The notes beneath the pieces were generated by a model. The model was not told where the DNA came from, did not search any database, and saw only the letters and a program-made list of their open reading frames with translations. Made by a program: the position numbers and the translations under genes. Positions 21,555-32,034 of a stretch of DNA of 49,416 bases are shown here, piece by piece (positions within the stretch are counted from its first letter, which is position 1; each line of letters opens with the position of its first letter). The stretch is from Erwinia sp. (GTDB lineage: Bacteria > Pseudomonadota > Gammaproteobacteria > Enterobacterales > Enterobacteriaceae): the NCBI RefSeq assembly GCF_031978025.1, contig NZ_DALZCD010000001.1, positions 1-49,416 of the forward strand, given 5' to 3'.

Positions 21555-23579
21555 TCAGGAAGCGGCGATAAACAGCTCACGCACCTGATGCAGCTGATCG
21601 CGCACGTTGGCGGCCTCTTCAAACTCCAGGTTTTTGGCATGTTCCTGCATCTGCGATTCCAGCTCGCGAATGCGCTTCTGCAGGCCTTTTGGCGACAGAT
21701 CGACCACGGCTGCATCGTCTTCCACAATAGCGCGAGGCGACTTGCTGCGCCCTTTGGTTTTGTTTTTGTTGAGGCCCTGACCCAGCTCCAGGATATCGGC
21801 GATCTTCTTGTTGAGCGCCTGCGGCACAATCCCTTTTTCCTGGTTATAAATTTCCTGCTTCTCGCGACGGCGTTCGGTTTCACCAATAGCCCTTTCCATC
21901 GACGGCGTAATTTTATCGCCGTAAAGGATAGCCTTGCCGCTGACGTTACGCGCGGCGCGACCAATAGTCTGGATCAGCGAGCGTTCGGAACGTAAGAAGC
22001 CCTCTTTATCGGCATCCAGAATCGCCACCAGCGAAACTTCCGGCATATCCAGCCCCTCACGCAGCAGGTTGATACCCACCAGCACGTCAAACTTGCCAAG
22101 GCGAAGGTCGCGAATGATCTCTACACGCTCTACGGTATCAATGTCCGAGTGCAGATAGCGTACCCGCTCGCCGTGCTCGGTAAGGTATTCCGTTAAATCC
22201 TCTGCCATGCGCTTGGTCAGCACGGTGACCAGCACGCGCTCGTCAATCGCCACGCGCTTGCGGATTTCCGACAGCAGATCGTCGACCTGCGTTGCCACCG
22301 GCCGGACTTCAATCAGCGGATCCAACAGGCCGGTCGGACGCACCACCTGATCCACAATTTCGCCGCCCGATTTCTCCAGCTCGTATTTACCTGGCGTAGC
22401 GGAAACATAGATAGTCTGCGGGGCCAGCGCCTCAAACTCTTCAAACTTCATCGGGCGGTTATCGAGCGCTGACGGCAGGCGGAAACCATACTCCACCAGC
22501 GTCTCTTTGCGTGCCCGGTCGCCGCGATACATGCCGCCGATCTGCGGAATAGTGACGTGCGACTCATCAATCACTAACAGGCCATCCGCCGGCAGATAGT
22601 CAAAGAGCGTTGGCGGCGCTTCGCCAGGCCCACGGCCAGAGAGATAGCGCGAATAGTTTTCAATGCCCGAGCAGTAACCCAGCTCGTTCATCATTTCTAA
22701 ATCAAACTGCGTGCGCTGAGAAATACGCTGCTCTTCCAGCAGCTTATTGTTCGCCAGTAGCGTTTTGCGACGGTCGGCCAGCTCCACTTTGATATCTTCC
22801 ATCGCCTGCAGAATACGCTCGCGCGGGGTGACGTAGTGCGTCTTGGGGTAGATGGTGTAGCGCGGGATCACCGAGGTTATCTGGCCTGTCAGCGGATCGA
22901 AAATTGACAACCGCTCGACTTCTTCGTCAAACAGCTCAACGCGCAGCGCGTAATCGTCCGATTCCGCCGGGAAGATATCGATGACTTCCCCCCGCACGCG
23001 GAAAGTACCGCGCTGAAAAGCCTGGTCGTTGCGGCTGTATTGCAGTTCCGCCAGACGGCGAAGAATGGCGCGCTGATCGATCACCATCCCACGCGTCAGG
23101 TGCAGCATCATTTTCAGATAGGAGTCCGGGTCGCCCAGGCCGTAAATCGCCGACACCGAGGCCACTACAATCACATCCCGACGTTCCAGCAGCGCTTTGG
23201 TGGCCGAAAGACGCATTTGTTCAATGTGCTCATTAACGGAAGCATCCTTCTCGATAAAGGTGTCCGAGCTGGGCACGTAAGCTTCCGGCTGATAATAGTC
23301 GTAGTAGGAGACAAAATACTCTACGGCATTTTCCGGAAAGAATTCTTTCATCTCACCGTAAAGTTGCGCTGCTAAAGTTTTATTCGGCGCCAGCACCATC
23401 GTAGGCCGGTTAAGGTCGGCTATCACATTGGCGACGGTAAAGGTTTTGCCCGACCCGGTCACGCCGAGCAGCGTCTGGTGCGCCAGTCCATCCTGCAGCC
23501 CTTCCTCAAGGCGGCGAATGGCTTCAGGCTGGTCGCCGGAAGGTTTAAAGGCGGAATTAAGTTTAAAGACTTTGCTCAT
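21555..23579 (-). CDS. uvrB: Excinuclease ABC subunit B
   Basis: ATG at 23579 gives [39 protein letters not shown]-terminal UVR domain. Confidence 0.97.
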   Translation of the reverse strand: MSKVFKLNSAFKPSGDQPEAIRRLEEGLQDGLAHQTLLGVTGSGKTFTVANVIADLNRPTMVLAPNKTLAAQLYGEMKEFFPENAVEYFVSYYDYYQPEAYVPSSDTFIEKDASVNEHIEQMRLSATKALLERRDVIVVASVSAIYGLGDPDSYLKMMLHLTRGMVIDQRAILRRLAELQYSRNDQAFQRGTFRVRGEVIDIFPAESDDYALRVELFDEEVERLSIFDPLTGQITSVIPRYTIYPKTHYVTPRERILQAMEDIKVELADRRKTLLANNKLLEEQRISQRTQFDLEMMNELGYCSGIENYSRYLSGRGPGEAPPTLFDYLPADGLLVIDESHVTIPQIGGMYRGDRARKETLVEYGFRLPSALDNRPMKFEEFEALAPQTIYVSATPGKYELEKSGGEIVDQVVRPTGLLDPLIEVRPVATQVDDLLSEIRKRVAIDERVLVTVLTKRMAEDLTEYLTEHGERVRYLHSDIDTVERVEIIRDLRLGKFDVLVGINLLREGLDMPEVSLVAILDADKEGFLRSERSLIQTIGRAARNVSGKAILYGDKITPSMERAIGETERRREKQEIYNQEKGIVPQALNKKIADILELGQGLNKNKTKGRSKSPRAIVEDDAAVVDLSPKGLQKRIRELESQMQEHAKNLEFEEAANVRDQLHQVRELFIAAS

Positions 23580-23661
23580 TGAATGGCTACCTGATGATGA
23601 TGAAAAGCGCGAACAGGGTGGTAATTTTACTCTGCTATGGCGATTTTGCCAGCAAAAAATA

Positions 23662-23677
23662 CTGGATATATCCACAG
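23662..23677. promoter_or_regulatory. LexA (SOS) box of uvrB
   Basis: CTG-GATATATCCA-CAG (CTG-N10-CAG), about 85 bp upstream of uvrB. Confidence 0.9.
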
Positions 23678-23958
23678 TTATCGATTAAAACTCAAGGGAG
23701 GCGCAAATTGTTCAGCGTAACGGGCTTTACTCGATGCTTAAGCGGCAAGAAAGTGAGAAGGTTATCCCCAGCGGGTTTGGCATTTTAACATTTGTCAAGG
23801 CATCCTGACAAAATGGCGGCCGTAAAATCCCCTGCCTTCCCCGGCCGCTTGATTTTCCCTAACGTTTTGAAAGATAAAAACATGTTATTGCAGCCGAGTT
23901 TAGCACCAACTCAAGCTTAGCCCGCGCCGGCTCTCGCCTTTTAAAGGTTTTCAGTCAT

Positions 23959-24028
23959 TCATACACATGGTTATCCACAGGAATGGTGGATAACTGATTT
24001 CAACGCCCAAGCCGTCTGCTGTGTATAA
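23959..24028. promoter_or_regulatory. DARS1-like DnaA-box cluster
   Basis: TCATACACA (23959), TTATCCACA (23971), inverted GGTGGATAA (23985) and TGTGTATAA (24020). E. coli DARS1 lies in the equivalent bioD-uvrB interval. Confidence 0.8.
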
Positions 24029-24197
24029 ATTGCCAGGCGGGACGAGCGCGTACGCAAAAAAAAATTTTTCCCTGAATTTTTTACTTATCTCCTACGGTCT
24101 TACCCGCCCTGAAGCATACTTCCGCCTTTAAGGCTATCCCTGTGCAGGCTTTTTTTCCGCCATGCTAAGACGCTTTTTTGCCTTATCGGCAGGCGTC

Positions 24198-24237
24198 TGC
24201 ACCATAAATGTTAAGTTTTCAGCACCATCAAAGTGCA
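24198..24237 (+). promoter_or_regulatory. Tandem NtrC-like enhancer sites
   Basis: TGCACCATAAATGTTAA (24198-24214) and AGCACCATCAAAGTGCA (24221-24237) vs TGCACCA-N3-TGGTGCA, about 90-125 bp upstream of a sigma54 motif. Confidence 0.65.
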
Positions 24238-24322
24238 GCAGGAAATTACCGTTGGCAATTATTAACCTTTCCTGACCAATAGCCCGTTGCCCGGACGTTC
24301 TATTTTCCGCGTAAAACAAAAC

Positions 24323-24338
24323 TGGCCTGTGAATTGCA
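24323..24338 (+). promoter_or_regulatory. Sigma54 (-24/-12) promoter
   Basis: TGGCCTGTGAATTGCA: GG at 24324-25 and GC at 24336-37, exact GG-N10-GC spacing with TTGCA. Confidence 0.7.
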
Positions 24339-24468
24339 ACCTTCAGCTACCGCCTCACGCTTTCAACATATCAGGGCGAGAAGCACCAGCCGGAGACGTT
24401 GCGTCAACGGTCAATCCTTCGTGACGCTACGAAGGCGCGCTCGAAAACTGTCTGGAGGAGAGTGTCAG

Positions 24469-25188
24469 ATGCTGAGCTTACATGCGATAAATCAGTTTTA
24501 CGGGCAGAACCATATTTTATGGGATGTGGATCTGGCGCTGCCGCCGGGCACCTGTACCGGTGTGCTGGGGAGGCCCGGGATGGGAAAAACCACGCTGGTT
24601 AACTGCATTATGGGCCACCTGCCGATTAACAGCGGCACGATTACATGGCAGGAAGGCAATTTACCCCCGCAGAATTTACTGCAGCAGCCGGTAGAAAAGC
24701 GGGCGGCGCTTGGTATTGGCTATGTCCCTCAGGGACGGCATATTTTTTCGCAGCTCAGCGTGGAGGAAAATTTGCAGATAGCGCTGTTGGCGGGCGCGGG
24801 TCAACAGCGTCACCCGGCTATTCCACCGATGGTTTTCGAGCTTTTTCCCGCGCTTTATTCGCTTCGTCACCAGCGCAGTGGAGAACTGGCACTCGAGCAG
24901 CAGCAGCAGCTTTCGCTGGCCAAAGCGCTGGTGTTTCAGCCAAAGTTACTAATCCTGGATGAACCGACTGAAGGTATGTCGCCCTGGCTGGAAGAAGAGA
25001 TGGGAAATTTGATCCACCGCCTGAATCACGATTTTGGATTGACTATTCTGCTGCTGGAGCAGCGGATTTCATTTATCCGTAAGGTGGCCGACTACTTTCT
25101 GCTGCTGCATCGCGGGCGCAATGTGGCGCACGGCAGCGTAGCGCAGCTGGATGAGAGAGTGGTTAATACCTGGCTGACCGCTTCATAA
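24469..25188 (+). CDS. Orphan ABC ATP-binding protein, UrtE/LivF-like, with degenerate signature motif
   Basis: ATG at 24469 after GGAGGAG; Walker A GRPGMGKT, Q-loop GYVPQGRHIF, Walker B LLILDEPTEG; signature region reads GELALEQQQQL rather than LSGGQQQQL. Confidence 0.85.
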   Translation: MLSLHAINQFYGQNHILWDVDLALPPGTCTGVLGRPGMGKTTLVNCIMGHLPINSGTITWQEGNLPPQNLLQQPVEKRAALGIGYVPQGRHIFSQLSVEENLQIALLAGAGQQRHPAIPPMVFELFPALYSLRHQRSGELALEQQQQLSLAKALVFQPKLLILDEPTEGMSPWLEEEMGNLIHRLNHDFGLTILLLEQRISFIRKVADYFLLLHRGRNVAHGSVAQLDERVVNTWLTAS

Positions 25189-25226
25189 GGTTCCCCGGCG
25201 CGACACCCACGCCGGAGAGCATGGCT

Positions 25227-25898
25227 CTACCCGGGCAGCCGCACGTAGTGTCCAAGCCGGTCAAAATCGGCGCTGTCGGTTAGATACGGGATCTCGCCCA
25301 GCAGCGGTGCGGGTAGCCGCTGTTGCAGCGTCGCCATGTATTCCGCATGTCGCCTGCCCGGCGGCTGCACCGTGTTGGCTATCCAGCCAGCCAGACGCAG
25401 TCCGCAGGCCAGCACAGCCTGCGCCGTCAGCATAGCGTGATTGATACAGCCCAGCTTCACGCCGACCACCAGCACGACAGGCAGCTGCTCACTCACCACC
25501 CATTCCGCAAAAGTTGTCTTGTCTGACAGAGGAGTAAACCAGCCGCCCGCGCCCTCGGTCAACACCCAGTCAGCCTGCTCGCGCAACGCCGCCAGGCCTG
25601 CAGAAAGCTGGGCGAATTCAATGGGTCTGCCCTCTTCCGCGCTGACGATATGCGGAGAGGTTGGCTCGAGAAAAGCCAGCGGATTGATCTGTTCATAGGG
25701 CAAGGCCAGCGCGCTGTTACGCTGTAAAGCCAGCGCATCGCTGTTGCGGATACCTTCCGCCGTTATCTCACAGCCGGAGGCAACGGGCTTATAGCCGACG
25801 CTACGCCACCCGGCGGCGCGAGCCGCCTGTAACAGCGCGCTACTGGCAACCGTTTTCCCTACTTCTGTATCCGTCCCGGTAATAAACCAGCTATTCAC
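25227..25898 (-). CDS. bioD: Dethiobiotin synthase
   Basis: GTG start at 25898; FITGTDTEVGKT, YKPVASG, EGAGGW, LGCINHA. Confidence 0.95.
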   Translation of the reverse strand: MNSWFITGTDTEVGKTVASSALLQAARAAGWRSVGYKPVASGCEITAEGIRNSDALALQRNSALALPYEQINPLAFLEPTSPHIVSAEEGRPIEFAQLSAGLAALREQADWVLTEGAGGWFTPLSDKTTFAEWVVSEQLPVVLVVGVKLGCINHAMLTAQAVLACGLRLAGWIANTVQPPGRRHAEYMATLQQRLPAPLLGEIPYLTDSADFDRLGHYVRLPG

Positions 25899-26649
25899 AA
25901 TCAATGACTCCATACAGCAGATGATAGCTGAGCAGGTAGCCACGCTCGTCGCGCGGCCAGCACTGCGCCAGCTGATTCAGATGATGACGCCCCAGCGCCC
26001 CGTCACGGCGTCCCTGATGCAGATGCGTGGCGCCAATGCCTTTCAGTGAACGCAGCGCGCTGAGCACATCCGGAAAAGCCAGCGTCAGGGTCTGTGGAAT
26101 CAAACGAAGCCCGAGCGCATTTCCTGCCGTCTCTATTTGCGCTTCGCTCAAAAAATGGTTAACGGGTGCAGGCAACGCCAGCGCTCGCCAGGACTGATGA
26201 AGCTCGTTCAGCGATCCGGCTGCCAGCGTTGAAAACAACACCTGGCCGCCGGGCCGGGTCACGCGGCACATTTCGATCAGCGCCAGGCGTAAATCACTGC
26301 ACCACTGCACGGCAAGGTTACTCCAGCACACATCGAAGGCGGCAGCGGCAAACGGTAGCGCTTCGATATCCCCCAGCTGATAGGCGTCGGCCGTATCGCC
26401 GAGCCTTGCCTCCTCCAGCATCGCCGAAGAGAGATCCAGCGCGGTAACCCCATTGCCCGCGCTGCGCCAGCGCTGGCTGAACCAGCCTGGCCCACAGCCC
26501 GCGTCCAGTACCTGTCTGTGCTGGTGCGAGCGTGCCAGCGACCAGAGCGCTTCACCACACAAGCGCTGAAGCTCCGCGTGCCGGTTGTAACTTTGCGCCG
26601 CTCGACCGAACGCCCTGGCTACCGCCGTTTTATTGACCGTTTGCGTCAT
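25891..26649 (-). CDS. bioC: Malonyl-ACP O-methyltransferase
   Basis: [39 protein letters not shown]. Confidence 0.93.
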   Translation of the reverse strand: MTQTVNKTAVARAFGRAAQSYNRHAELQRLCGEALWSLARSHQHRQVLDAGCGPGWFSQRWRSAGNGVTALDLSSAMLEEARLGDTADAYQLGDIEALPFAAAAFDVCWSNLAVQWCSDLRLALIEMCRVTRPGGQVLFSTLAAGSLNELHQSWRALALPAPVNHFLSEAQIETAGNALGLRLIPQTLTLAFPDVLSALRSLKGIGATHLHQGRRDGALGRHHLNQLAQCWPRDERGYLLSYHLLYGVIDCE

Positions 26650-27787
26650 GCAGCGCCTCCAGCAGTTGGTTAATATCTTGTTCCTCATGCGCCGCGCTTA
26701 GCGTGATACGGAGCCTAGCCGTTCCCTGCGGGACGGTCGGCGGCCGGATAGCCGTTACCCAGCACGCCTTTTCGCGCAGCTTTTCTGCCAGCCGCAGCGT
26801 TGCCTGCTCTTCTCCCACCAACAGGGGCTGGATGGCAGTAGAAGAAGGCAGAACGGCCAGCCCGCTGGCCGCCGCACCCTCCCGAAACAGACGAATATTA
26901 TTTTGTAGCCGCGCGCGGAGATCGTCACCCTGCTGCACCGCGCGCAGGGCTGCCTGTAACGCGTAAGCCTGCGCGGGCGGCATGGCCGTGCTGTAAATGA
27001 GATGACGCGCAAACTGCAACAGATATTCCGCCGTTTCTTCACTGCAGAGCACCGCCGCGCCGCTCAAACCAAACGCCTTGCCAAAGGTGACGATCAGCAA
27101 CTCCGGACGAACGTTCTGCTGCCAGCAGCTGCCGCGCCCCTGCTCCCCCGTGACGCCGATGCCGTGGGCATCATCCACCATCAGCCAGCCCTTGTGCAGA
27201 ACGGCAAGTTGATGCAGCTCGTTCAGCGGCGCGCTATCGCCATCCATACTGAACACGCCTTCCGTGACAACCAGCGTTTCACCGCCCGCGGCCGCGCTGG
27301 CGAAAAGCTTTGCCAGCGCTTTCGGCTCGTTATGCGTAAAGCGGCGCAGCGAAGCCGGACTGAGCGAGGCGGCCTCAAGCAACGAGGCATGCGCCAGGCG
27401 ATCGGCAAAAATAGAGTCATTCTTCTGCATCATGGCGGCAATGATTGCCTGATTTGCGGCAAAGCCTGAAATAAACAGCAGCGCGCGTGGATAGCCCAGC
27501 CACTGGGCCAGCTGTTCCTCAAAAGCCTGCTGGGGCACGCCATAACCGGTCACGTGGCCCGAACCGCCGGCCCCCACGCCGTAGCGTTCGGCCCCTTGCT
27601 GCCAGGCCGCAATCACGTTTCGATCCCGGCTCAGTCCCAGATAATCATTCGCCGAGAAGTTCAGATAGCGACGGCCGTTAACGCTAAGGGTGCGCACGTC
27701 GTCCTGCTGGCTGACGCGGCGCTGGCGAAACTGCTGTTTCTCCCGGCGCTCTGCGAGCGCCAGGCTGATACGTTGCTGCCAGGCCAT
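26630..27787 (-). CDS. bioF: 8-amino-7-oxononanoate synthase
   Basis: [38 protein letters not shown]. Confidence 0.95.
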   Translation of the reverse strand: MAWQQRISLALAERREKQQFRQRRVSQQDDVRTLSVNGRRYLNFSANDYLGLSRDRNVIAAWQQGAERYGVGAGGSGHVTGYGVPQQAFEEQLAQWLGYPRALLFISGFAANQAIIAAMMQKNDSIFADRLAHASLLEAASLSPASLRRFTHNEPKALAKLFASAAAGGETLVVTEGVFSMDGDSAPLNELHQLAVLHKGWLMVDDAHGIGVTGEQGRGSCWQQNVRPELLIVTFGKAFGLSGAAVLCSEETAEYLLQFARHLIYSTAMPPAQAYALQAALRAVQQGDDLRARLQNNIRLFREGAAASGLAVLPSSTAIQPLLVGEEQATLRLAEKLREKACWVTAIRPPTVPQGTARLRITLSAAHEEQDINQLLEALHDANGQ

Positions 27788-28819
27788 TTACACGGCCGCG
27801 TTATAGAACTGTTCGGTGTCAGCGTTCAACAGCTGGCCGGCCAGCGCCCGCTGCTGTTCGTTGTCGCCCGCTTCCGTGGTGGTATGTGCCGGATTGAGGC
27901 CCAGCTTGCGGAACAAAATCAGATCTTTATCTTCTTCAGGATTCGGCGTGGTCAGCAGTTTGCAGCCGTAGAAAATAGAGTTGGCGCCGGCCATAAAGCA
28001 CATTGCCTGCGTCTGCTCGCTCATCTGCTCGCGTCCGGCCGAAAGACGCACGTGCGAGGATGGCATCATAATGCGCGCGACGGCGATAGTGCGGATAAAA
28101 TCGAAAGGATCGACGTCGTCGTTATCGGCCAGCGGTGTACCTTTTACCTTCACCAACATATTGATCGGCACGCTTTCCGGCGGCACCGGCAGGTTGGCCA
28201 ACTGGACTAACAGGCCGGCCCGATCGTTAACGGTTTCGCCCAGGCCGATGATGCCGCCGGAGCAGACCTTGATGCCTGCATCACGCACTTTCCCCAGCGT
28301 ATCCAGACGTTCCTGATAGCTGCGGGTAGTGATAATGCTGCCGTAAAATTCCGGCGAGGTATCCAGGTTGTGGTTGTAAAAATCCAGCCCGGCGTGCGCC
28401 AGTCGCTGCGCCTGCTCATCACTCAGCGTGCCCAGCGTCATGCAGGTTTCCAGCCCCATCTCCTTCACGCCTTTGACCATTTGCTCCAGGTAAGGCATAT
28501 CGCGCTCGTGCGGGTTTTTCCATGCCGCGCCCATACAAAAGCGATCGGATCCGGCCGCTTTGGCTTTACGGGCAGAAGTCAGTACCTCTTCCACTTCCAT
28601 CAGGCGCTCGGCTTCCAGCCCGGTTTTATAACGGGCGCTCTGCGGGCAATATTTACAGTCTTCCGGACAGGCGCCGGTTTTAATCGACAGCAGCGTACTG
28701 ACCTGAACCTGACGCGGATCGAAATGTTGACGATGCACCTGCTGCGCTTCAAACATCAACTCCAGAAAAGGCTTGTCGAAAAGGGCCTGAGCCTGGGCGA
28801 CTGTCCAGCGATTTGCCAT
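27788..28819 (-). CDS. bioB: Biotin synthase
   Basis: CPEDCKYC radical SAM motif, YNHNLDT, PESVPIN, LSAGRE; start at 28819 (28831 is an alternative). Confidence 0.96.
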   Translation of the reverse strand: MANRWTVAQAQALFDKPFLELMFEAQQVHRQHFDPRQVQVSTLLSIKTGACPEDCKYCPQSARYKTGLEAERLMEVEEVLTSARKAKAAGSDRFCMGAAWKNPHERDMPYLEQMVKGVKEMGLETCMTLGTLSDEQAQRLAHAGLDFYNHNLDTSPEFYGSIITTRSYQERLDTLGKVRDAGIKVCSGGIIGLGETVNDRAGLLVQLANLPVPPESVPINMLVKVKGTPLADNDDVDPFDFIRTIAVARIMMPSSHVRLSAGREQMSEQTQAMCFMAGANSIFYGCKLLTTPNPEEDKDLILFRKLGLNPAHTTTEAGDNEQQRALAGQLLNADTEQFYNAAV

Positions 28820-28861
28820 TGCTTGCTCCAAAAGAAAAGATCACATGTTCATTTTACGGTT

Positions 28862-28902
28862 ATACTTGTAAACTAAATTTTTTAATTTTGGTTTACAAGT
28901 AT
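28862..28902. promoter_or_regulatory. Biotin operator (BirA site)
   Basis: ATACTTGTAAAC...GTTTACAAGTAT inverted repeat between divergent bioB and bioA. Confidence 0.93.
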
Positions 28903-28905
28903 TTT

Positions 28906-30195
28906 ATGACTCCTCTCGACCTCGCATTTGACCGCGACCATATCTGGCATCCCTACACCTCAATGAGCAAGCCGCTGCCGGTTTATCCAGTGGTCGCGGC
29001 CTCAGGTACCTCGCTTCAGCTGGATGACGGTCGCGAGCTGGTGGACGGCATGTCTTCCTGGTGGGCGGCAATCCACGGCTATAACCATCCCCGTCTGAAT
29101 CAGGCGATGCACGCGCAGATAGAGCAGATGTCGCACGTGATGTTTGGTGGGATCACGCATCCTGCCGCCGTAGCGCTCTGTCGCCGTCTGGTCGACATGA
29201 CGCCACAGGGTCTTGAGTGCGTCTTCCTGGCCGATTCAGGATCGGTAGCGGTTGAGGTCGCGATGAAAATGGCGCTGCAGTATTGCCAGGCTCGCGGCGA
29301 AAAACGTCAGCGTTTTTTAACGCTGCGTAACGGCTATCACGGCGATACTTTTGCCGCTATGTCAGTTTGCGATCCGCAAAACTCCATGCACTCGCTTTAT
29401 CAGGGTTATCTGCCGAATCACCTGTTCGCTGCCGCGCCGGGCTGTGGTTTTGAGGACGAGTGGCAGGAGAGCGATCTGGCCGATTTTGCCCGTTTGATTG
29501 GCGAACACGCGCACGAGCTGGCCGCGGTGATCCTGGAACCCATCGTTCAGGGGGCGGGCGGGATGCGCTTTTATCATCCGCGCTATCTGCAAGGCGTGCG
29601 CGAGCTGTGCGATCGCCATAACGTGCTGCTGATAGCCGATGAAATCGCGACCGGCTTTGGCCGTACCGGCAAGCTTTTCGCCTGCGATCATGCGGGGATC
29701 TCGCCGGATATCCTGTGCGTCGGCAAAGCGCTGACCGGCGGCACCCTGACCCTTTCGGCCACGCTGACCACGCGTGAGGTGGCCAATACCATCAGCAACG
29801 GCGAAGCGGGCTGCTTTATGCACGGCCCCACGTTTATGGGGAATCCGCTGGCCTGCGCGGTGGCCAGCGAAAGCCTGGCCATCCTGCAGGAAAACCACTG
29901 GCAGCAGCAGGTAAAGGCTATTGAAACGCAGCTGAAAGCCGCGCTGCTGCCGTTAAAAACGCAGCCGGAAGTGGCCGATGTCAGGGTATTAGGGGCGATT
30001 GGCGTCGTCGAGACGCGTCGCCCGGTAGACATGGCTGCGCTACAACGCTTTTTTGTCGGGCGCGGCGTCTGGATCCGGCCTTTTGGCAAACTTATCTATC
30101 TGATGCCGCCTTACCTTATTGAGCCGGACGCCCTGCAAAAGCTGACGGCAGCAATAGCGGCAGCCGTTGCCTGTCCGACGCTGTTTTTATCCTGA
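28906..30195 (+). CDS. bioA: Adenosylmethionine-8-amino-7-oxononanoate aminotransferase
   Basis: ATG at 28906; [34 protein letters not shown]. Confidence 0.96.
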   Translation: MTPLDLAFDRDHIWHPYTSMSKPLPVYPVVAASGTSLQLDDGRELVDGMSSWWAAIHGYNHPRLNQAMHAQIEQMSHVMFGGITHPAAVALCRRLVDMTPQGLECVFLADSGSVAVEVAMKMALQYCQARGEKRQRFLTLRNGYHGDTFAAMSVCDPQNSMHSLYQGYLPNHLFAAAPGCGFEDEWQESDLADFARLIGEHAHELAAVILEPIVQGAGGMRFYHPRYLQGVRELCDRHNVLLIADEIATGFGRTGKLFACDHAGISPDILCVGKALTGGTLTLSATLTTREVANTISNGEAGCFMHGPTFMGNPLACAVASESLAILQENHWQQQVKAIETQLKAALLPLKTQPEVADVRVLGAIGVVETRRPVDMAALQRFFVGRGVWIRPFGKLIYLMPPYLIEPDALQKLTAAIAAAVACPTLFLS

Positions 30196-30980
30196 GGTCG
30201 GCGTTCTAAATAAATGGCGGCCACCGGGGCGCAGCGTAGCCTGAGCGAACACTTTAAAATTAGCGTTCAGGCTAACAGCGTCCCCCCGTTATCGGCAGTA
30301 CGGTGTGCCGCAGGTAAAAAGGGGCGCGATAGCCTTTTAAATTTTTGACGGATCTTCCCGGTTCAGCCTTTTCATGCTGCTGACGCTGGCTTGCTCAATA
30401 AGGCAGGCATCCCCGCCAGGAAACAGATCTAATGTAAAAAGGCTTTTTTAATTAATGGTGATCGGGCCTTAGGATAAATCTGTTTAAACAGCGCCTGCTT
30501 AAAACCGGTATTTATCAGCTTTACGCTCCTTCTATTAAGTCAGTTAATGACAACCCGATCATTCGCTTTACGCCTTAACATTTTATTTACATCAAATTAC
30601 CTTTGGCAAGCGCCCTAAAATAACGGCGAAATCCTGGCGTGCATTTTCTGGCCACCTACACCTTATTATAGCGTTAATAAAAAACGTCACATTGGCTTTA
30701 AATAAGAGAGGCCCGCCGTTTTTAAAGAATGGCTTAAGCCGTGCTCATCCTTTATATCGCTGAATATACTTAGCCTTTTCGTAGAATAGCGTTTTAAAAA
30801 AGAATAATCATCGCCCATTATAAAATAACCTTTTTTTAACGCGGCGGGACCTTAAAAAGATTAAGCATGCTTACCGGACTTACAGGGCGTTGCCGATCTG
30901 TTTTACGGTTCAGAGCAAAGCGGGCAAGGAACATATGCACTACGCTTTTTACAGGTTGAATTTTATAAAGGAGAAAAACC

Positions 30981-32033
30981 ATGCCGCAAGACAAACAGAC
31001 AAATCGCCGTATCGTCCTCGCCTCGCGCCCGCACGGCGCCCCTGGCGAAGCTAATTTTCGTCTGGAGTCAGAGCACGTCCCTACGCCAGGGAAAGGCCAG
31101 GTTTTGCTTCGCACAATCTGGCTCTCGCTGGATCCCTATATGCGTGGGCGAATGAGCGATGCCCCTTCCTATGTGCCGCCAGTTGCCGTTAATGACGTGA
31201 TGGGCGCAGGCACCGTTGCCATTGTTGAACAGTCGAATCATGAAGACTATCAGCCAGGCGACTGGGTGGTCAGTCAGAGCGGCTGGCAGGATTTTGCCCT
31301 GTCGGATGGTAAGGACCTGTTTAAGCTCAGCGGCCCGGTACTGAAACACCCTTCATGGGCGCTCGGAATGCTGGGCATGACCGGTTTTACCGCCTATATG
31401 GGGCTGCTGGATATTGGTAATCCGCAGCCGGGCGAAACCGTGGTCGTGGCGGCGGCAACCGGCGCGGTGGGGTCAATGGTAGGCCAGATAGCCAAGCTGA
31501 AAGGTTGCTACGTGGTCGGCATCGCCGGAGGCGAAGAAAAATGCCGCTATGCCGAAGAGGTGCTGGGCTTTGACCGCTGCCTTAACCACCGTTCGGGCGA
31601 TTTAGCCGAGTCGCTTAAACGCTACTGTCGTGACGGCATTGATGTCTACTTTGAAAGCGTCGGCGGGCCGGTATTTGACGCCGTGCTGCCGTTAATGAAT
31701 ACCAAAGGCCGCATTCCGGTCTGTGGCCTGATCGCCGATTACAACAGTACGGATGCGCCGGAAGGCCCGAACCGCCTGCCGCTGTTCCAGAGCGCTATCC
31801 TGCGCAAACGCCTGCACGTTCAGGGCTTTATCATCAATCAGGATTACGGTCATCGCTTTGAAGAATTTTTCCAGCAGATGAGCCAGTGGGTAGCGGAAGA
31901 CCGCTTTGTTTTCCGCGAAGATATTGTTGACGGGCTGGATAACGCGCCGGAGACCTTTATCGGGATGCTTGAAGGTAAAAACTTCGGCAAGGTGCTGATT
32001 AAAGTCGCTGGCGACCAGCCAACAGGAGCCTGA
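30981..32033 (+). CDS. curA: NADP-dependent oxidoreductase (CurA/YncB, prostaglandin reductase-like)
   Basis: LASRPHG, LSLDPYMRGRMS, AATGAVGS, GKNFGK; AGGAG SD. Confidence 0.85.
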   Translation: MPQDKQTNRRIVLASRPHGAPGEANFRLESEHVPTPGKGQVLLRTIWLSLDPYMRGRMSDAPSYVPPVAVNDVMGAGTVAIVEQSNHEDYQPGDWVVSQSGWQDFALSDGKDLFKLSGPVLKHPSWALGMLGMTGFTAYMGLLDIGNPQPGETVVVAAATGAVGSMVGQIAKLKGCYVVGIAGGEEKCRYAEEVLGFDRCLNHRSGDLAESLKRYCRDGIDVYFESVGGPVFDAVLPLMNTKGRIPVCGLIADYNSTDAPEGPNRLPLFQSAILRKRLHVQGFIINQDYGHRFEEFFQQMSQWVAEDRFVFREDIVDGLDNAPETFIGMLEGKNFGKVLIKVAGDQPTGA

Positions 32034-32034
32034 A

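Noticed and set aside
21393..21995. 200-aa and 176-aa ORFs overlapping the uvrB 3' end
   Set aside because: Antisense or alternate-frame overlaps of uvrB with no recognisable domain.
24334..24468. N-terminal extensions in the ORF track (ABC ATPase here; also uvrB, moaA, bioA, bioC, bioD, modA, modE, galM, zitB)
   Set aside because: The longer starts run into promoters, operators, the Moco RNA or neighbouring genes; the downstream starts fit family N-termini better and in several cases follow a clear SD sequence.
30442..30456. Lambda attB-like core (GCTTTTTTAATTAAT vs GCTTTTTTATACTAA)
   Set aside because: Only the A/T-run part matches, it is on the wrong side of ybhB relative to E. coli, and there is no integrase or phage gene in the window.
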